From Bacteroidales bacterium (GTDB lineage Bacteria > Bacteroidota > Bacteroidia > Bacteroidales > VadinHA17): a DNA stretch of 64,000 nt. Positions 45,942 through 55,985 of this stretch are shown one piece after another. Below the pieces are notes generated by a model. It searched no databases. It was not told the origin of the DNA and was given only the letters and a program-made list of their open reading frames with translations. Every line of letters begins with the position of its first letter. Position 1 is the first letter of the stretch. The stretch covers positions 1,526 to 65,525 of the forward strand of contig JAVEZX010000002.1 of assembly GCA_034002785.1 (NCBI GenBank). Reading direction: 5' to 3'. The translations under genes were made by a program, and so were the position numbers.

Positions 45942-47572
45942 AAAGGTCAGCTTATATCTACGGGTTCATCCTCCTGCTGATTACAGGCACATCCTGCAGT
46001 GATGAATTCCTTGAGAAAAACAATGCCGACATGTACAGCCTGCCGGACACCCTCTTGCTGGATAATTACAATACGGATGCCACCATAATGTTTGAGCTCC
46101 CGGAAAACATAAATTCAGAGTTCAGGGTGTTTATGCGCCCAAAGTGGCTTTCAGTGGAATCGCCCCGTGGCAAGGTCGAGGCAGGGATGGTGGAATTCAC
46201 GCTGAGCATTGATGGCAGCAATCTCCCCGCAGGCTATTTCAGCCACACGGGACTGGTGATTGTTCAGATCGAAGATTTCGGGTTTGTTTCATTCACCGTG
46301 ATATTTACAAACTATGGATTCCCGTCCATTCACTGCAACCCTTCCGGTCTGATCTTTGAAGGCACCACATCGCAGTCATTCTCACTTATCACTCCAACAG
46401 AGGGTATGCTTGACTGGACCATAACAGAGATCCCTGAATGGCTGTCCTTTTCGGAAACTTCAGGCACACTTTGGCCAGGGCAGACAGCATGGATTACCGC
46501 TTACCTGGATCCAGGCAAGATCACCCAGGGCATCCAGATACTGGATACAGTTAAAATCATCAGTCCGCATGCTCAGTACCCGTTTATGCTGAGCATACGG
46601 GTGACACCGGACATTGTGCCTCCTCCTCAGGACTTCAAATTAGGCAGCATACTTATGGATGCCGAGTATCATCATGACTCAGGGCTGATGGCGGTCTGCA
46701 CCAAATCACCCAATCAACTCATACTCTTCAATACTGTTTCAGGGGATTCAGATACAATTGCCCTTGAAAAGACGCCATCCTGCATAAGTATCTCTTCAGA
46801 CGGCCATAAGGCAGTTATCGGATATACAGTTGCATCAGTGAGTTACATCGACCTTGATGCCTGCGAGATAATCGATGATTATGATATCGACTGTATGCCG
46901 TTTGACATTGTTTTCGGGGAGGCAGGCTGGTGTTATATTACACCTACGGAAGATCAGTGGGTCTATATGCGAAACCTTAACCTGACCACAGGACAGGTCA
47001 GCTCGGGCACTTACCAGATATATGAGAAGACTCTCATCAGAAAAGTGCCGGCTGAGGATTACCTGATCGGATCCTCCCTGGGCCTGAGCCCGAGCGGTCT
47101 GATGGTTTTTGATGTGACGACAGGAGAGGTGAAGCCTGAGGTGACCAGTTATCATGAATCTGTCGGGCATTTCTGGCTCTCGAAGGACGGCAAAAAGGTG
47201 TACTCCGCTTATGGAAAGATCTACTGGGTTCCGGAATACGTGGGTTCATCCCACGGGACAGATGCACCCTCATTCGGCAATTTCAACCTGAACTACGCCT
47301 ACATCACGGCACTTGATGACTGCCCGGCTATCAGCAGCGTATTCTACAGTACTTCATCTCTTATTGAGCAGTACAATTCAACAAACCTCAATAAGATAAA
47401 GTCTTACAATGTGTCTCCGGCACATCTGACCATACACGGTACAGTGGTTCCTTATGAGACAACACCCCGGCTTATCTTTATCAACAAGGAGGGAAACAGG
47501 ATGCATGTTATCAAGGTTCTAAGGCCGGATTACAATATTGACGGCTGGCTTGTCGAAACCATAGCACTTTAG
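45938..47572 (+). CDS. Lipoprotein with BACON-like Ig domains and a probable C-terminal beta-propeller
   Basis: I prefer the ATG at 45938, which forms an ATGA overlap with the upstream stop (the track uses the GTG at 45929). Lipobox (ITGTSC). BACON-like segments are present (PKWLSVESPRGKVEAG; IPEWLSFSETSGTLWPGQTAWITAYLDPG). Propeller-like repeats follow (SISSDGHKAVIGY; WLSKDGKKVYSAYGKIYWV). Confidence 0.5.
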   Translation: MKRSAYIYGFILLLITGTSCSDEFLEKNNADMYSLPDTLLLDNYNTDATIMFELPENINSEFRVFMRPKWLSVESPRGKVEAGMVEFTLSIDGSNLPAGYFSHTGLVIVQIEDFGFVSFTVIFTNYGFPSIHCNPSGLIFEGTTSQSFSLITPTEGMLDWTITEIPEWLSFSETSGTLWPGQTAWITAYLDPGKITQGIQILDTVKIISPHAQYPFMLSIRVTPDIVPPPQDFKLGSILMDAEYHHDSGLMAVCTKSPNQLILFNTVSGDSDTIALEKTPSCISISSDGHKAVIGYTVASVSYIDLDACEIIDDYDIDCMPFDIVFGEAGWCYITPTEDQWVYMRNLNLTTGQVSSGTYQIYEKTLIRKVPAEDYLIGSSLGLSPSGLMVFDVTTGEVKPEVTSYHESVGHFWLSKDGKKVYSAYGKIYWVPEYVGSSHGTDAPSFGNFNLNYAYITALDDCPAISSVFYSTSSLIEQYNSTNLNKIKSYNVSPAHLTIHGTVVPYETTPRLIFINKEGNRMHVIKVLRPDYNIDGWLVETIAL

Positions 47573-47609
47573 GATAAGAAAATTTTGCGGTAAACTGATT
47601 GCCGGTCTG

Positions 47610-48236
47610 TCAGGCAGCCGGCTTGTCCTTCCTGGTGTGGAAATAGGTGAGCCCGTTGATCTCGGTCATACCCACCAGCTCCAGGCCGTTCTCCTTCAGC
47701 AGGCTGGTAACGCTCCTCCTGGTCAGGTACCGGTTGGTCCTTGAATCAATGAAACTGTACATCCTGTTGATGAAGGGGATTCTTGATTCGATGCCGTTCT
47801 CGTAAGCCTCGGCCCTCTCTGACTGCTGCTTCGGCAAGTTGCCGTATTTGTCAGTGAATCCGCTCTGTGACCGGTTGTCTATGAAACAGCCGATAAAATT
47901 GCTGTCAGAAGGAAGCAGGCCGGTGATCTGTTTGAGAAAATCCTTAATCTCTCTGATATGGTTCAGCTGCCTAAGTGTAATCACAGTCCTGACACCCTTC
48001 AGGTCATCTGCATCATAAAAATAGTGTCTGGATGACGGGATGACTAGCACGCCCGATTCCTTGACCAGGCCCATGCGGTCAAGGTAATCAATCAGACTCT
48101 GACGCACCTCGAGGTCAAGCTCGTCAAACAGGTGAATAAGGCCGCTGTCTCTTAACGACAGCCTCCTCGGGCTCACCTTGATGACGGGCTGATCCGATAT
48201 TGTGTCCCTGTTCAGTCCGATTGTTTCTTTTTCCAT
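47610..48236 (-). CDS. Hypothetical cytoplasmic protein (possibly a degenerate methyltransferase-like fold)
   Basis: 208-aa ORF with no signal peptide or TM segment. It has no canonical GxGxG motif. The fold suggestion rests only on the C-terminal pattern (LLKENGLELVGMTEINGLTYFH). Confidence 0.4.
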   Translation of the reverse strand: MEKETIGLNRDTISDQPVIKVSPRRLSLRDSGLIHLFDELDLEVRQSLIDYLDRMGLVKESGVLVIPSSRHYFYDADDLKGVRTVITLRQLNHIREIKDFLKQITGLLPSDSNFIGCFIDNRSQSGFTDKYGNLPKQQSERAEAYENGIESRIPFINRMYSFIDSRTNRYLTRRSVTSLLKENGLELVGMTEINGLTYFHTRKDKPAA

Positions 48237-48553
48237 TTGTTAAGTCAGATGCTTATTCTTAAGCAATTTCTGTGCCACCAGTGTTAGACAGTCACCCTTT
48301 TCAAGGATTTTCATGCCGAAGTTATTGACTCTTTATTACAACAACCAAACAATTTTGATGTTCACCAGCCACCTTTTGACCAACGGAACGAATAGTGAGA
48401 CAACCAATGAAACTGATGTGCCGAAACCTGCAAAATCCAATTTTCATGGCATGAGAATGGCTGTGGAGACATAATGTTATTTTTACGTCAGAATTGAGTT
48501 TTATTCTGCATTTTTGAAATTCAATAATAAACAGAGAGAAGAGAATCAGGCGA

Positions 48554-50665
48554 ATGAAGAAGGGATTGAAGATATCGATAGTGGCAACTGCCGTGGTCAT
48601 TTTCATACCGCTCTTCTTTGTCAGTTCTGTCTACGCCGGATTGTTCGGCCACCTGCCAGGGAAGAAGGAGCTGCGTAATTACAGGAATTCCACGGCATCA
48701 CTGGTCCTCTCCTCTGAAGGGGAGCTGATCGGCAAGTTTTTTTCCGAAAACCGTACTGCCATCACCCTTGACCAGGTGCCCGATCATCTGATCAATGCAC
48801 TTATAGCCACGGAGGACGCCCGTTTCTATGATCACTCCGGGGTTGACACCAGGAGTCTTGTCAGGGTCCTGTTCAAAACGATACTTTTCAGTGACCGCAG
48901 TGCCGGAGGAGGCAGCACAATCACTCAGCAGCTGGCAAAAAACATGTACGGACGCCGGGATTACCTGGTTATGTCCGTGTTCCTGAACAAAACCCGTGAG
49001 GCTCTTCTCGCAGGGCGAATCGAAAAGGTTTTCACCAAGGATGAGATACTGACCCTTTATCTGAACACTGTCTCTTTCGGGGAGAACCTCTACGGCATCG
49101 AGGCCGCCGCCCGGAGATATTTCAGTTGCCATGCCTCTGACCTTAAGAGGGAGGAGGCAGCCCTGCTCATCGGGATGCTCAAGGCGAACACCTTGTTCAA
49201 TCCGCGACTTTATCCTGACAACGCACTCAGGAGGCGTAATGTGGTATTCGGACAGATGGAGAAGTACGGTTACCTCAACGCAGCGCAGACCGACTCGCTC
49301 AGCGCGTTGCCGTTGAAGCTCAACTACAATAAAACAGATCTTGCCGGTCCTGCAGACTACTTCCTCGTCCGTGTGAGGGCAGAGGCTGACCGTATCCTTA
49401 AGGAGGCTGCCGGCTATCGCGGGAAAGCCCCGGATATAGAGCGTGACGGGCTCATAATCACAACCACCCTCAGTATGCCGCTGCAGCTTGCCGCCGGTGA
49501 AGCCTTCAGTGCCCACCTCTCCAGGATGCAGAAGCGGCTCGACGAGCAGTACAGCACCTCCTCGGGCCGAAGAGCCCTGAAAGAGATCCCTGACAGCCTC
49601 AGGAAGATGATGACTACTCTCCATGCCGGACTGCTTGCAATCGACCCCTTTACCGGCGCGGTGATGGCATGGGCCGGAGGCATCGACTTCAAAACACAGC
49701 CTTATGACCAGATAATGGCACGCCGGCAGCTGGCATCAGTATTCAAACCATTCATCTTCGCCGCCGCACTTGAAGACGGGATTGAGCCCTGCCGCTACCT
49801 GGACAATGACTCGGTAACACTCTCAGGTTTCAACAACTGGAGCCCGGAGAACTACAACCACTCTTACGGAGGCAAGTATTCTCTTGCCGGAGCACTGGCG
49901 CAGTCGATGAACATACCTACCTTCAGCCTCTTCCTCATGATAGGATTTAATAAGGTTGACCGCCTCTGGAGGGAGATGGGCTTTACATATCCGCTGGACG
50001 ACATGCCTTCCCTGGCAATGGGCACGGCGGAAGCCAGCATCCTGGAGGTGGCGCTCGCCTATGCCTCCTTCGCCAACGGCGGAGAGAAAATATCACCATA
50101 TATGATTGAGTCCGTCAAAGCACATGACGGAAGTATAATCTGGCAGTATGACCCGCCAGACCGAAGGGAGAGAGTCCTGTCCGAACGGTCCGCAACGCTT
50201 ATGGCGGCAATGCTACATAAGGCCATCAGGGAAGGCACCGGCGCCGCTGTCCACAGTATCTATGGGGTCAGGATCCCCCTGGCAGGAAAAACCGGTACCT
50301 CTCAGAACTACGCTGATGCATGGTTCGCCGCCTTCAATCCCGGAATAGTGATCGTCAGCAGGGTGGGAGCCTCAACACCCTCAATCCACTTCAATAACGG
50401 AAGCTATGGCTCAGGAAGCGCACTGGCACTGCCGCTGGTGGCACTGACCCTCAGAAAGGTTGAGAAGGAGAAGGAACTGATGAACAGGATCAACATACCC
50501 TTCGAACCGTTGTCCCCCGAACTGGCGATGGCGCTGGAATGTCCCGACTTCAGGGATAAAACATTCTTTGACAGGCTCTTCGACATCTTCAAGGAAAAGG
50601 AAATCGACTACAGTGAGGCAGGCAAAAGGAGGCGCATTATCCGCAGCCGGATCTTCAGAAGGTGA
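48554..50665 (+). CDS. Class A penicillin-binding protein (GT51 transglycosylase + transpeptidase)
   Basis: N-terminal TM anchor. GT51 motifs ATEDARFYDHSGVD and GGSTITQQLAKN. Transpeptidase motifs SVFKPF (SxxK), SMN (SxN) and KTGTS (KTG). Confidence 0.9.
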   Translation: MKKGLKISIVATAVVIFIPLFFVSSVYAGLFGHLPGKKELRNYRNSTASLVLSSEGELIGKFFSENRTAITLDQVPDHLINALIATEDARFYDHSGVDTRSLVRVLFKTILFSDRSAGGGSTITQQLAKNMYGRRDYLVMSVFLNKTREALLAGRIEKVFTKDEILTLYLNTVSFGENLYGIEAAARRYFSCHASDLKREEAALLIGMLKANTLFNPRLYPDNALRRRNVVFGQMEKYGYLNAAQTDSLSALPLKLNYNKTDLAGPADYFLVRVRAEADRILKEAAGYRGKAPDIERDGLIITTTLSMPLQLAAGEAFSAHLSRMQKRLDEQYSTSSGRRALKEIPDSLRKMMTTLHAGLLAIDPFTGAVMAWAGGIDFKTQPYDQIMARRQLASVFKPFIFAAALEDGIEPCRYLDNDSVTLSGFNNWSPENYNHSYGGKYSLAGALAQSMNIPTFSLFLMIGFNKVDRLWREMGFTYPLDDMPSLAMGTAEASILEVALAYASFANGGEKISPYMIESVKAHDGSIIWQYDPPDRRERVLSERSATLMAAMLHKAIREGTGAAVHSIYGVRIPLAGKTGTSQNYADAWFAAFNPGIVIVSRVGASTPSIHFNNGSYGSGSALALPLVALTLRKVEKEKELMNRINIPFEPLSPELAMALECPDFRDKTFFDRLFDIFKEKEIDYSEAGKRRRIIRSRIFRR

Positions 50666-50733
50666 AATTTCATCAAAACTTCATAGTGCGGATTCTATTT
50701 TCGCCTGTGAATTGCAAATCGTAAAAAAACGAA

Positions 50734-51561
50734 ATGATGAAAAAGAGATTAACTGTATTGTTGACAGCCGCATTGATACTGATTGCGGGCGCATGCAACC
50801 GAATAGGCAACGGCGATGACCAGGGAAGGATTGTTCTGAAAGTCACCGATGCCCCGTTTGACATCAGTAATATCGAATCGGCAATGGTTACAATCACAAA
50901 GGTTGAACTCAGGAAAGCCGGTGACGGAATCAGTGACGGTAACCCGTTCATAACTCTTTCTGAGGATACTGTGACTGTAGACCTGATTGACCTGCGGAAC
51001 GGCGTCACTGAAACCCTCCTTGACATGGAGATCCCCACAGGAACATATGACCTTGTCAGGCTTTATGTGGAGGAGGCAGGGCTGAAACTCAAGGACTCAG
51101 AAGAGATTCACCGCGTGAAGGTTCCCAGCGGAGGTCAGACAGGCATTAAGATATTCCTGCGTCCTGCACTGGAAGTATCGGAAGGTAACCTTGAGGAGGT
51201 GCTTCTTGACATCGATCTCTCCAGGTCATTCATCCTGAGGGGTAACCCGGCACACAACAACGGATTCATCTTCAAGCCGGTTATCAGGGCAGCCAACATG
51301 GCAAAGGCCGGTTGCGTAAGGGGCTTTGTATCAGATACTGCCGGTGTTAAAATCACTGAAGCAACCGTCTGGATTGAAAAGGACACCGTTCTTGCAACTG
51401 CCTTCACCGATACCCTTGGAATATACGCAATCATTGGAGTGCCTGCCGGTGAATATTCGGTATCAGCCACAAAAGAGGGCTATGATACGGTCCGTTTTGA
51501 CGGGGTTGATATAATAGCAGGCAACAAAACCGTGGTCGATTTTGAGCTTACGAAAAAGTAA
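50734..51561 (+). CDS. DUF4382-type lipoprotein with C-terminal carboxypeptidase-regulatory-like domain
   Basis: Lipobox (IAGAC). The DUF4382-like pattern is present (LKVTDAPFD...VTITKVELR...VDLIDLRNG...TYDLVRLYV...VKVPSGGQTGIKI). The C-terminal CarboxypepD_reg-like region reads GFVSD...GIYAIIGVPAGEYSVSATKEGYDT. Confidence 0.65.
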   Translation: MMKKRLTVLLTAALILIAGACNRIGNGDDQGRIVLKVTDAPFDISNIESAMVTITKVELRKAGDGISDGNPFITLSEDTVTVDLIDLRNGVTETLLDMEIPTGTYDLVRLYVEEAGLKLKDSEEIHRVKVPSGGQTGIKIFLRPALEVSEGNLEEVLLDIDLSRSFILRGNPAHNNGFIFKPVIRAANMAKAGCVRGFVSDTAGVKITEATVWIEKDTVLATAFTDTLGIYAIIGVPAGEYSVSATKEGYDTVRFDGVDIIAGNKTVVDFELTKK

Positions 51562-51592
51562 ACTGCTGATTGAATTCAATATGGCTTGAATT

Positions 51593-51627
51593 AAAGCCGT
51601 GCCTGTGCAGGCACGGCTTTTGTTTTT
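51593..51627 (+). terminator. Rho-independent terminator
   Basis: AAAGCCGTGCCTG-tg-CAGGCACGGCTTT (13-bp inverted repeat), followed by TGTTTTTG. Confidence 0.8.
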
Positions 51628-51641
51628 GTGATAATAATTGC

Positions 51642-51649
51642 TAAATTTG
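51642..51649 (+). promoter_or_regulatory. Candidate -7 promoter box TAAATTTG for the M48 peptidase-hflKC unit
   Basis: Matches TAnnTTTG. It lies 14 nt after the terminator and 67 nt upstream of the ATG at 51717. Confidence 0.4.
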
Positions 51650-51716
51650 ATCTCAGTCTTCAGTTAAGAGCCGGAAACCTAACCCGGTTGTTTAATGAAC
51701 TAAATCAAAGGAAGTA

Positions 51717-53183
51717 ATGAAAAAGAGACGCGTACTGATCTTTGTTGCATTGATTTCAGTCGCACTGGCAGCGGTGATCTCCTGTGCGGTCAACCCCGTC
51801 ACCGGTAAGAAACAGATCATGCTTATGTCAGAAGCACAGGAAGTACAGATGGGACTTTCATATCACCCCCAGGTGATGGCAAGTTTCGGAGAATATGCAG
51901 ATCCGGCAATGCAGGTTTTTGTGCAGACGAAGGGAACGGAGATGGGAAAGCTCTCTCACAGGCCGACCCTGCAATATACTGTCAAGGTGGTTGATTCTCC
52001 GGTTATAAATGCTTTTGCAGTTCCGGGAGGATACATTTATCTCACAAGAGGAATAATGGCCAACTTCAATAATGAGGCTGAATTCATGGGTGTCCTTGGC
52101 CATGAGATGGGTCACATAGCAGCCCGCCACTCGGTAAGCCAGCAGACCAAGCAGCAGCTTGGCACCTTACTTCTGATTGGCGGAATGATTGCATCTGAGA
52201 AGTTTGCCAACTATGCCGAGCAGGCCATGCAGGGCCTCCAGCTTCTCTTCCTGAGTTTCAGTCGGGATGATGAGCGTCAGGCTGACCAGCTCGGCGTTGA
52301 GTACGCATCAAGGACTGGTTACGATGCAGCTAGAATGGCTGATTTTTACAAGGTACTTATTAAGATGAATCTCTCCGAGTCTGAAGGGGGTGTTCCCACC
52401 TTCCTCTCCACCCACCCTGATCCGGGTGACCGCTACAACGCGGTGCTGAGGGACTCAAAACGGTGGCAGGACAGCCTCAGGCTTCAGTCTTACAAGGTAG
52501 GAGCCGATTCATACCTTCAGATGATTGACGGGATGATCTACGGCGAAGATCCCAAGCAGGGTTATACAAGGGATAACACTTTCTATCATCCCGAAATGAG
52601 ATTCAAGTTCTCCTATCCTCTGGGATGGGAGCTCACCAATGCTCCGACGCAGGTAACCATTCAGCCGTCTGACGGAAGAGCCCTGATGCTCTTCACCCTC
52701 TCAAACCAGAAATCGCTTCAGGCAGCAGCAGACACCACCCTTGCGATGTACGGCCTGCAACTGCAGCGCGCAGAGAGAAGAACTGTCAACGGCCTGCCGG
52801 CAATAGTCACTCTCTCGAAACAGCAGGCCCAGGATCAGCAGACAGGCGCTACAGGTTCAAATGCCGTAATCTCCTATTTCATCGAGTACGGTGGCCTGAT
52901 CTATATATTTCACGGAGTCTCCACCGAAGCTGACTTTGCAGCATTTGCCCCGACGATGGAAGCATCGATGAAGACCTTTGCACAACTGACCGATCTCTCA
53001 AGGATCAATGTCAAGCCCATGAGGGTTCATGTGAAGAAGGCACCGCGTGCCGGTACACTTGCAAGTACACTTTCCTATTTCAACATGCCGCAGGGAATGA
53101 TGGCGGAACTGGCGCTTCTGAACAACATGGAACTGAATGAGCCGGTTCCTGCAGGAAAATATATTAAAATTGTATCTGAATAA
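51717..53183 (+). CDS. M48-family zinc metallopeptidase (secreted/lipoprotein) with C-terminal accessory domain
   Basis: Signal/lipobox (VISC). The HExxH motif is in LGHEMGHIAARH, and a downstream Glu ligand region reads SRDDERQADQLG. Confidence 0.85.
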   Translation: MKKRRVLIFVALISVALAAVISCAVNPVTGKKQIMLMSEAQEVQMGLSYHPQVMASFGEYADPAMQVFVQTKGTEMGKLSHRPTLQYTVKVVDSPVINAFAVPGGYIYLTRGIMANFNNEAEFMGVLGHEMGHIAARHSVSQQTKQQLGTLLLIGGMIASEKFANYAEQAMQGLQLLFLSFSRDDERQADQLGVEYASRTGYDAARMADFYKVLIKMNLSESEGGVPTFLSTHPDPGDRYNAVLRDSKRWQDSLRLQSYKVGADSYLQMIDGMIYGEDPKQGYTRDNTFYHPEMRFKFSYPLGWELTNAPTQVTIQPSDGRALMLFTLSNQKSLQAAADTTLAMYGLQLQRAERRTVNGLPAIVTLSKQQAQDQQTGATGSNAVISYFIEYGGLIYIFHGVSTEADFAAFAPTMEASMKTFAQLTDLSRINVKPMRVHVKKAPRAGTLASTLSYFNMPQGMMAELALLNNMELNEPVPAGKYIKIVSE

Positions 53184-53194
53184 ACTGACGCAAA

Positions 53195-54172
53195 TTGGCA
53201 TACCAGACAAACGGTAAATCAGGCTACAGAGCCTGGATGGACAAAAACGGGCTTTACCTGAGATACGGTCTCATTGCCCTGTTCGTCCTCATCCTGCTCG
53301 CCACCACTCTCTTCCAGGTTCAGCCTGAGGAAGTGGGTATCATCACCAGATTCGGGAAATATGTACGAAAGGTTGAATCAGGTCTCAACATGAAAGTCCC
53401 GATAATTGAAAGACTCTACAAGGTAGCCGTCGAGAGGCAGCAGAAGGAGGAGTTCGGATTCCGTACCACGGCACCCGGCATAAGGTCGGAGTACACCAAG
53501 GAGGGCACTGTGGATGAGTCGCTTATGCTGACGGGTGATCTCAATCTTGCTGATGTTGAGTGGGTGGTACAGTACAGGATAGAAGACCCCTACAGCTTTC
53601 TTTTCAGGGTAAGGGAGCCTGTAGTAGCGCTTCGGGACATCTCGGAGGCTTCAATGCGCGAGATTGTAGGTGACCGCACGGTAAATGAAGTGTTGACGGT
53701 GGGCAGGGCTGAGATAGCCTCCAGCGCCCAGCAGAAGATACAGGCACTATGCACGGAATACTCCCTCGGTATAAGGATTGAACAGGTGGTGCTGCAGGAT
53801 GTCAATCCCCCGGATCCGGTCAAGGATGCTTTCAATGATGTCAACCAGGCACAGCAGGAGCGCGAGACGCTTATCAACCAGGCCCGCTCGGAATACAACA
53901 AGGTTGTACCCAGAGCAAAGGGACAGGCGGAAGAGACGATACAGCGCGCAGAAGGATATGCCACCGAGAGAGTAAACAATGCTCTCGGAGAAGCCTCCCG
54001 CTTCAATGCCCTTTACCTTGAATATATCAAGGCTCCCGAAGTCACTAAACGAAGGATATACCTCGAAACGATGGAGGAGATACTTCCCCGGGCCGGAAAC
54101 AAGATCATAACTGACGAGAGCGGCACTAACCTGCTGCCTCTGCTCCAGATGCAGCTCACACCAAAGAAGTAA
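53195..54172 (+). CDS. hflK: FtsH protease modulator HflK (SPFH/band-7 family)
   Basis: TM anchor followed by an SPFH domain (VQPEEVGIITRFGKY...GLNMKVPIIE...VEWVVQYRI...VLQDVNPP...AFNDVNQAQQERE). The track start is a TTG. An in-frame ATG at 53237 is an alternative start. Confidence 0.85.
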   Translation: MAYQTNGKSGYRAWMDKNGLYLRYGLIALFVLILLATTLFQVQPEEVGIITRFGKYVRKVESGLNMKVPIIERLYKVAVERQQKEEFGFRTTAPGIRSEYTKEGTVDESLMLTGDLNLADVEWVVQYRIEDPYSFLFRVREPVVALRDISEASMREIVGDRTVNEVLTVGRAEIASSAQQKIQALCTEYSLGIRIEQVVLQDVNPPDPVKDAFNDVNQAQQERETLINQARSEYNKVVPRAKGQAEETIQRAEGYATERVNNALGEASRFNALYLEYIKAPEVTKRRIYLETMEEILPRAGNKIITDESGTNLLPLLQMQLTPKK

Positions 54173-54175
54173 ACC

Positions 54176-55129
54176 ATGCGTACTAATAATACAAAACTGA
54201 TTGTAACGGCCGCAGTGCTCCTGGTGACGCTTCTGCTCATCCTCGAGTGCGTGTTCAAAGTAAAGGAGACCGAACAGGTGGTTGTGACACAGTTCGGAAA
54301 ACCGGTCGGAAAAGCAAAGGTCACTCCCGGTCTCAAGCTCAAAATGCCATTCATCCAGCGTACCAACTACTTTGAAAAGAGATACATGGAGTGGGACGGC
54401 GATCCCAACCAGGTGCCTACCAAGGATAAGAAGTTTATCTTCGTTGACACATACGCCCGCTGGCAGATTACCGATCCGCTTCAGTTCTTCAAGCGACTGA
54501 CCGACGAGCGGGGGGCACAGTCAAGACTGGCTGACATCCTGGACGGTGAAACACGTGACCATATAGCCGGTCATAACCTTGAAGAGATAGTAAGATCCGT
54601 TAACAGGACCCCCGTTTCATCAGGCCTGATAGGCGAAGAGACGGGAGACTCACTCAATAATATCACAACCGGCAGGCAGAAGATCGAGGATATGATTCTG
54701 ATCTCAGCCAATGATAAGGCGAAGGACCTGGGAATTGTAATCCTTGACGTGCGGATCAAGCGCCTGAACTACGTGGAAGAGGTCAGGACGCAGATCTATG
54801 AGCGAATGAAGAGCGAGCGCTATCGCATTGCCGAGCGGTTCAGGTCGGAAGGCCAGGGAGAAGCCTCGAAGATCAACGGAGAGAAGGAACGCGATCTTAA
54901 GACAATCCAGTCGGAAGCATACCGTAAGGCTGAAGAGATACGAGGGAAGGCCGATGCCAGGGCAGCAGCAATCTATGCGGGCGCCTATGACCAGTCTGCA
55001 GCGTCCCGAAACCTCTACGGTTTCATGAAGTCGATGGAAACCTTCAGGATGACATTCGATTCGACAACCACTATCATTCTGTCTACTGACAGTGAGCTGT
55101 ACAGGTACCTGACAGGGTTCAACCATTGA
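54176..55129 (+). CDS. hflC: FtsH protease modulator HflC (SPFH/band-7 family)
   Basis: TM anchor followed by an SPFH domain (VKETEQVVVTQFGKP...PGLKLKMPFIQ...ILDVRIKRLNY...ERMKSERYRIAERFRSEG). It follows hflK after 3 nt. Confidence 0.85.
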   Translation: MRTNNTKLIVTAAVLLVTLLLILECVFKVKETEQVVVTQFGKPVGKAKVTPGLKLKMPFIQRTNYFEKRYMEWDGDPNQVPTKDKKFIFVDTYARWQITDPLQFFKRLTDERGAQSRLADILDGETRDHIAGHNLEEIVRSVNRTPVSSGLIGEETGDSLNNITTGRQKIEDMILISANDKAKDLGIVILDVRIKRLNYVEEVRTQIYERMKSERYRIAERFRSEGQGEASKINGEKERDLKTIQSEAYRKAEEIRGKADARAAAIYAGAYDQSAASRNLYGFMKSMETFRMTFDSTTTIILSTDSELYRYLTGFNH

Positions 55130-55171
55130 CCCCGACCTTATCTGGCTACGTAAGAGGCATGATTACATATA

Positions 55172-55207
55172 AAAGGCCGCAGTCTTCCGACTGCAGCCTT
55201 TATTTTT
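55172..55207. terminator. Bidirectional Rho-independent terminator between the convergent hflC and mscL genes
   Basis: AAAGGCCGCAGTC-ttcc-GACTGCAGCCTTT (one mismatch), with a T-run on the plus strand (TATTTTTAT) and an A-run on the 5' side (a T-run on the minus strand). Confidence 0.7.
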
Positions 55208-55342
55208 ATACCTGTTGTGACATTCCGGTCAGCCCCTGTCAGGGAAGAACCTTCGCCACCAGAAATATTTTCTTATTCTTGCCATAATTCAATTGGTTGC
55301 AAATATGCAAACAATTTTCTTTATGGATTATTGTTTCTGAGC

Positions 55343-55774
55343 CTATTTTTTCAGAAGATCACGTATCTCCTTCAACAGCACAACCTCATCACTCGGGGGC
55401 GGAGGTGTTGCCGGAGCAGCCTCTTCCTTCTTCTTCAGGCTGTTCATGCCTTTGATGACAAAGAAGATGCAAAGGGCTACAATCAGGAAGTCAATGATGT
55501 TCTGGATAAACATCCCGTAGTTTATTGATACTTCACTTACCGCAGGCTGAATACCGTTTGCCCCGTCCATTACTGCATCCTGCCCTTTCTGCAGTATTGC
55601 TTTCAGGCTTGTGAAATCTACCTTGCCCAGTGCCATGCCAAGAGGCGGCATAAGTACGTCATTCACCAACGAGGTGATGATCTTTCCGAATGCCCCGCCA
55701 ATGATGATACCAACGGCCATGTCAAGCATGTTGCCCTTTACGGCAAACTCCTTGAATTCTTTGACTATTCCCAT
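55343..55774 (-). CDS. mscL: Large-conductance mechanosensitive channel
   Basis: 143 aa. MGIVKEFKEFAVKGNMLDMAVGIIIGGAFGKIITSLVNDVLMPPLG is the canonical MscL N-terminus and TM1. Confidence 0.95.
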   Translation of the reverse strand: MGIVKEFKEFAVKGNMLDMAVGIIIGGAFGKIITSLVNDVLMPPLGMALGKVDFTSLKAILQKGQDAVMDGANGIQPAVSEVSINYGMFIQNIIDFLIVALCIFFVIKGMNSLKKKEEAAPATPPPPSDEVVLLKEIRDLLKK

Positions 55775-55820
55775 AATCTGTAAGTGTTTAAGTTAGAATT
55801 ACAATCAGGTTAACGAATAT

Positions 55821-55828
55821 CAAATATA
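55821..55828 (-). promoter_or_regulatory. Candidate -7 promoter box (TATATTTG on the minus strand) for mscL
   Basis: The reverse complement of caaatata matches TAnnTTTG, 47 nt upstream of the mscL ATG. Confidence 0.4.
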
Positions 55829-55985
55829 CAAAAATGTATGACATAAATATTTTAGAGCGCTCGATTTGGTTTTGTCTTCTAAAGTTATGCCTGACCGTTT
55901 TTTTTTATTATCTTACACATTCTTAAACAAAAGCCTTTGGCAATCGTTTATCTTATTAAAGATTAATCCATTAAAATTACAAAAC

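Noticed and set aside
48237-48553. 317-nt AT-rich intergenic region upstream of the PBP gene as a possible ncRNA locus
   Set aside because: I could not discern a conserved-looking structure, a promoter/terminator pair, or similarity to RNAs I know (SRP, 6S, tmRNA, RNase P). It is most simply a divergent promoter region.
55866-55985. 40-codon N-terminal extension of the dodecin ORF, and likewise 39405-39455 for the lipoprotein ORF
   Set aside because: Both extensions lie in AT-rich promoter-like DNA and add non-homologous sequence. The internal Met gives the full-length family protein (or, for the lipoprotein, a proper signal peptide).
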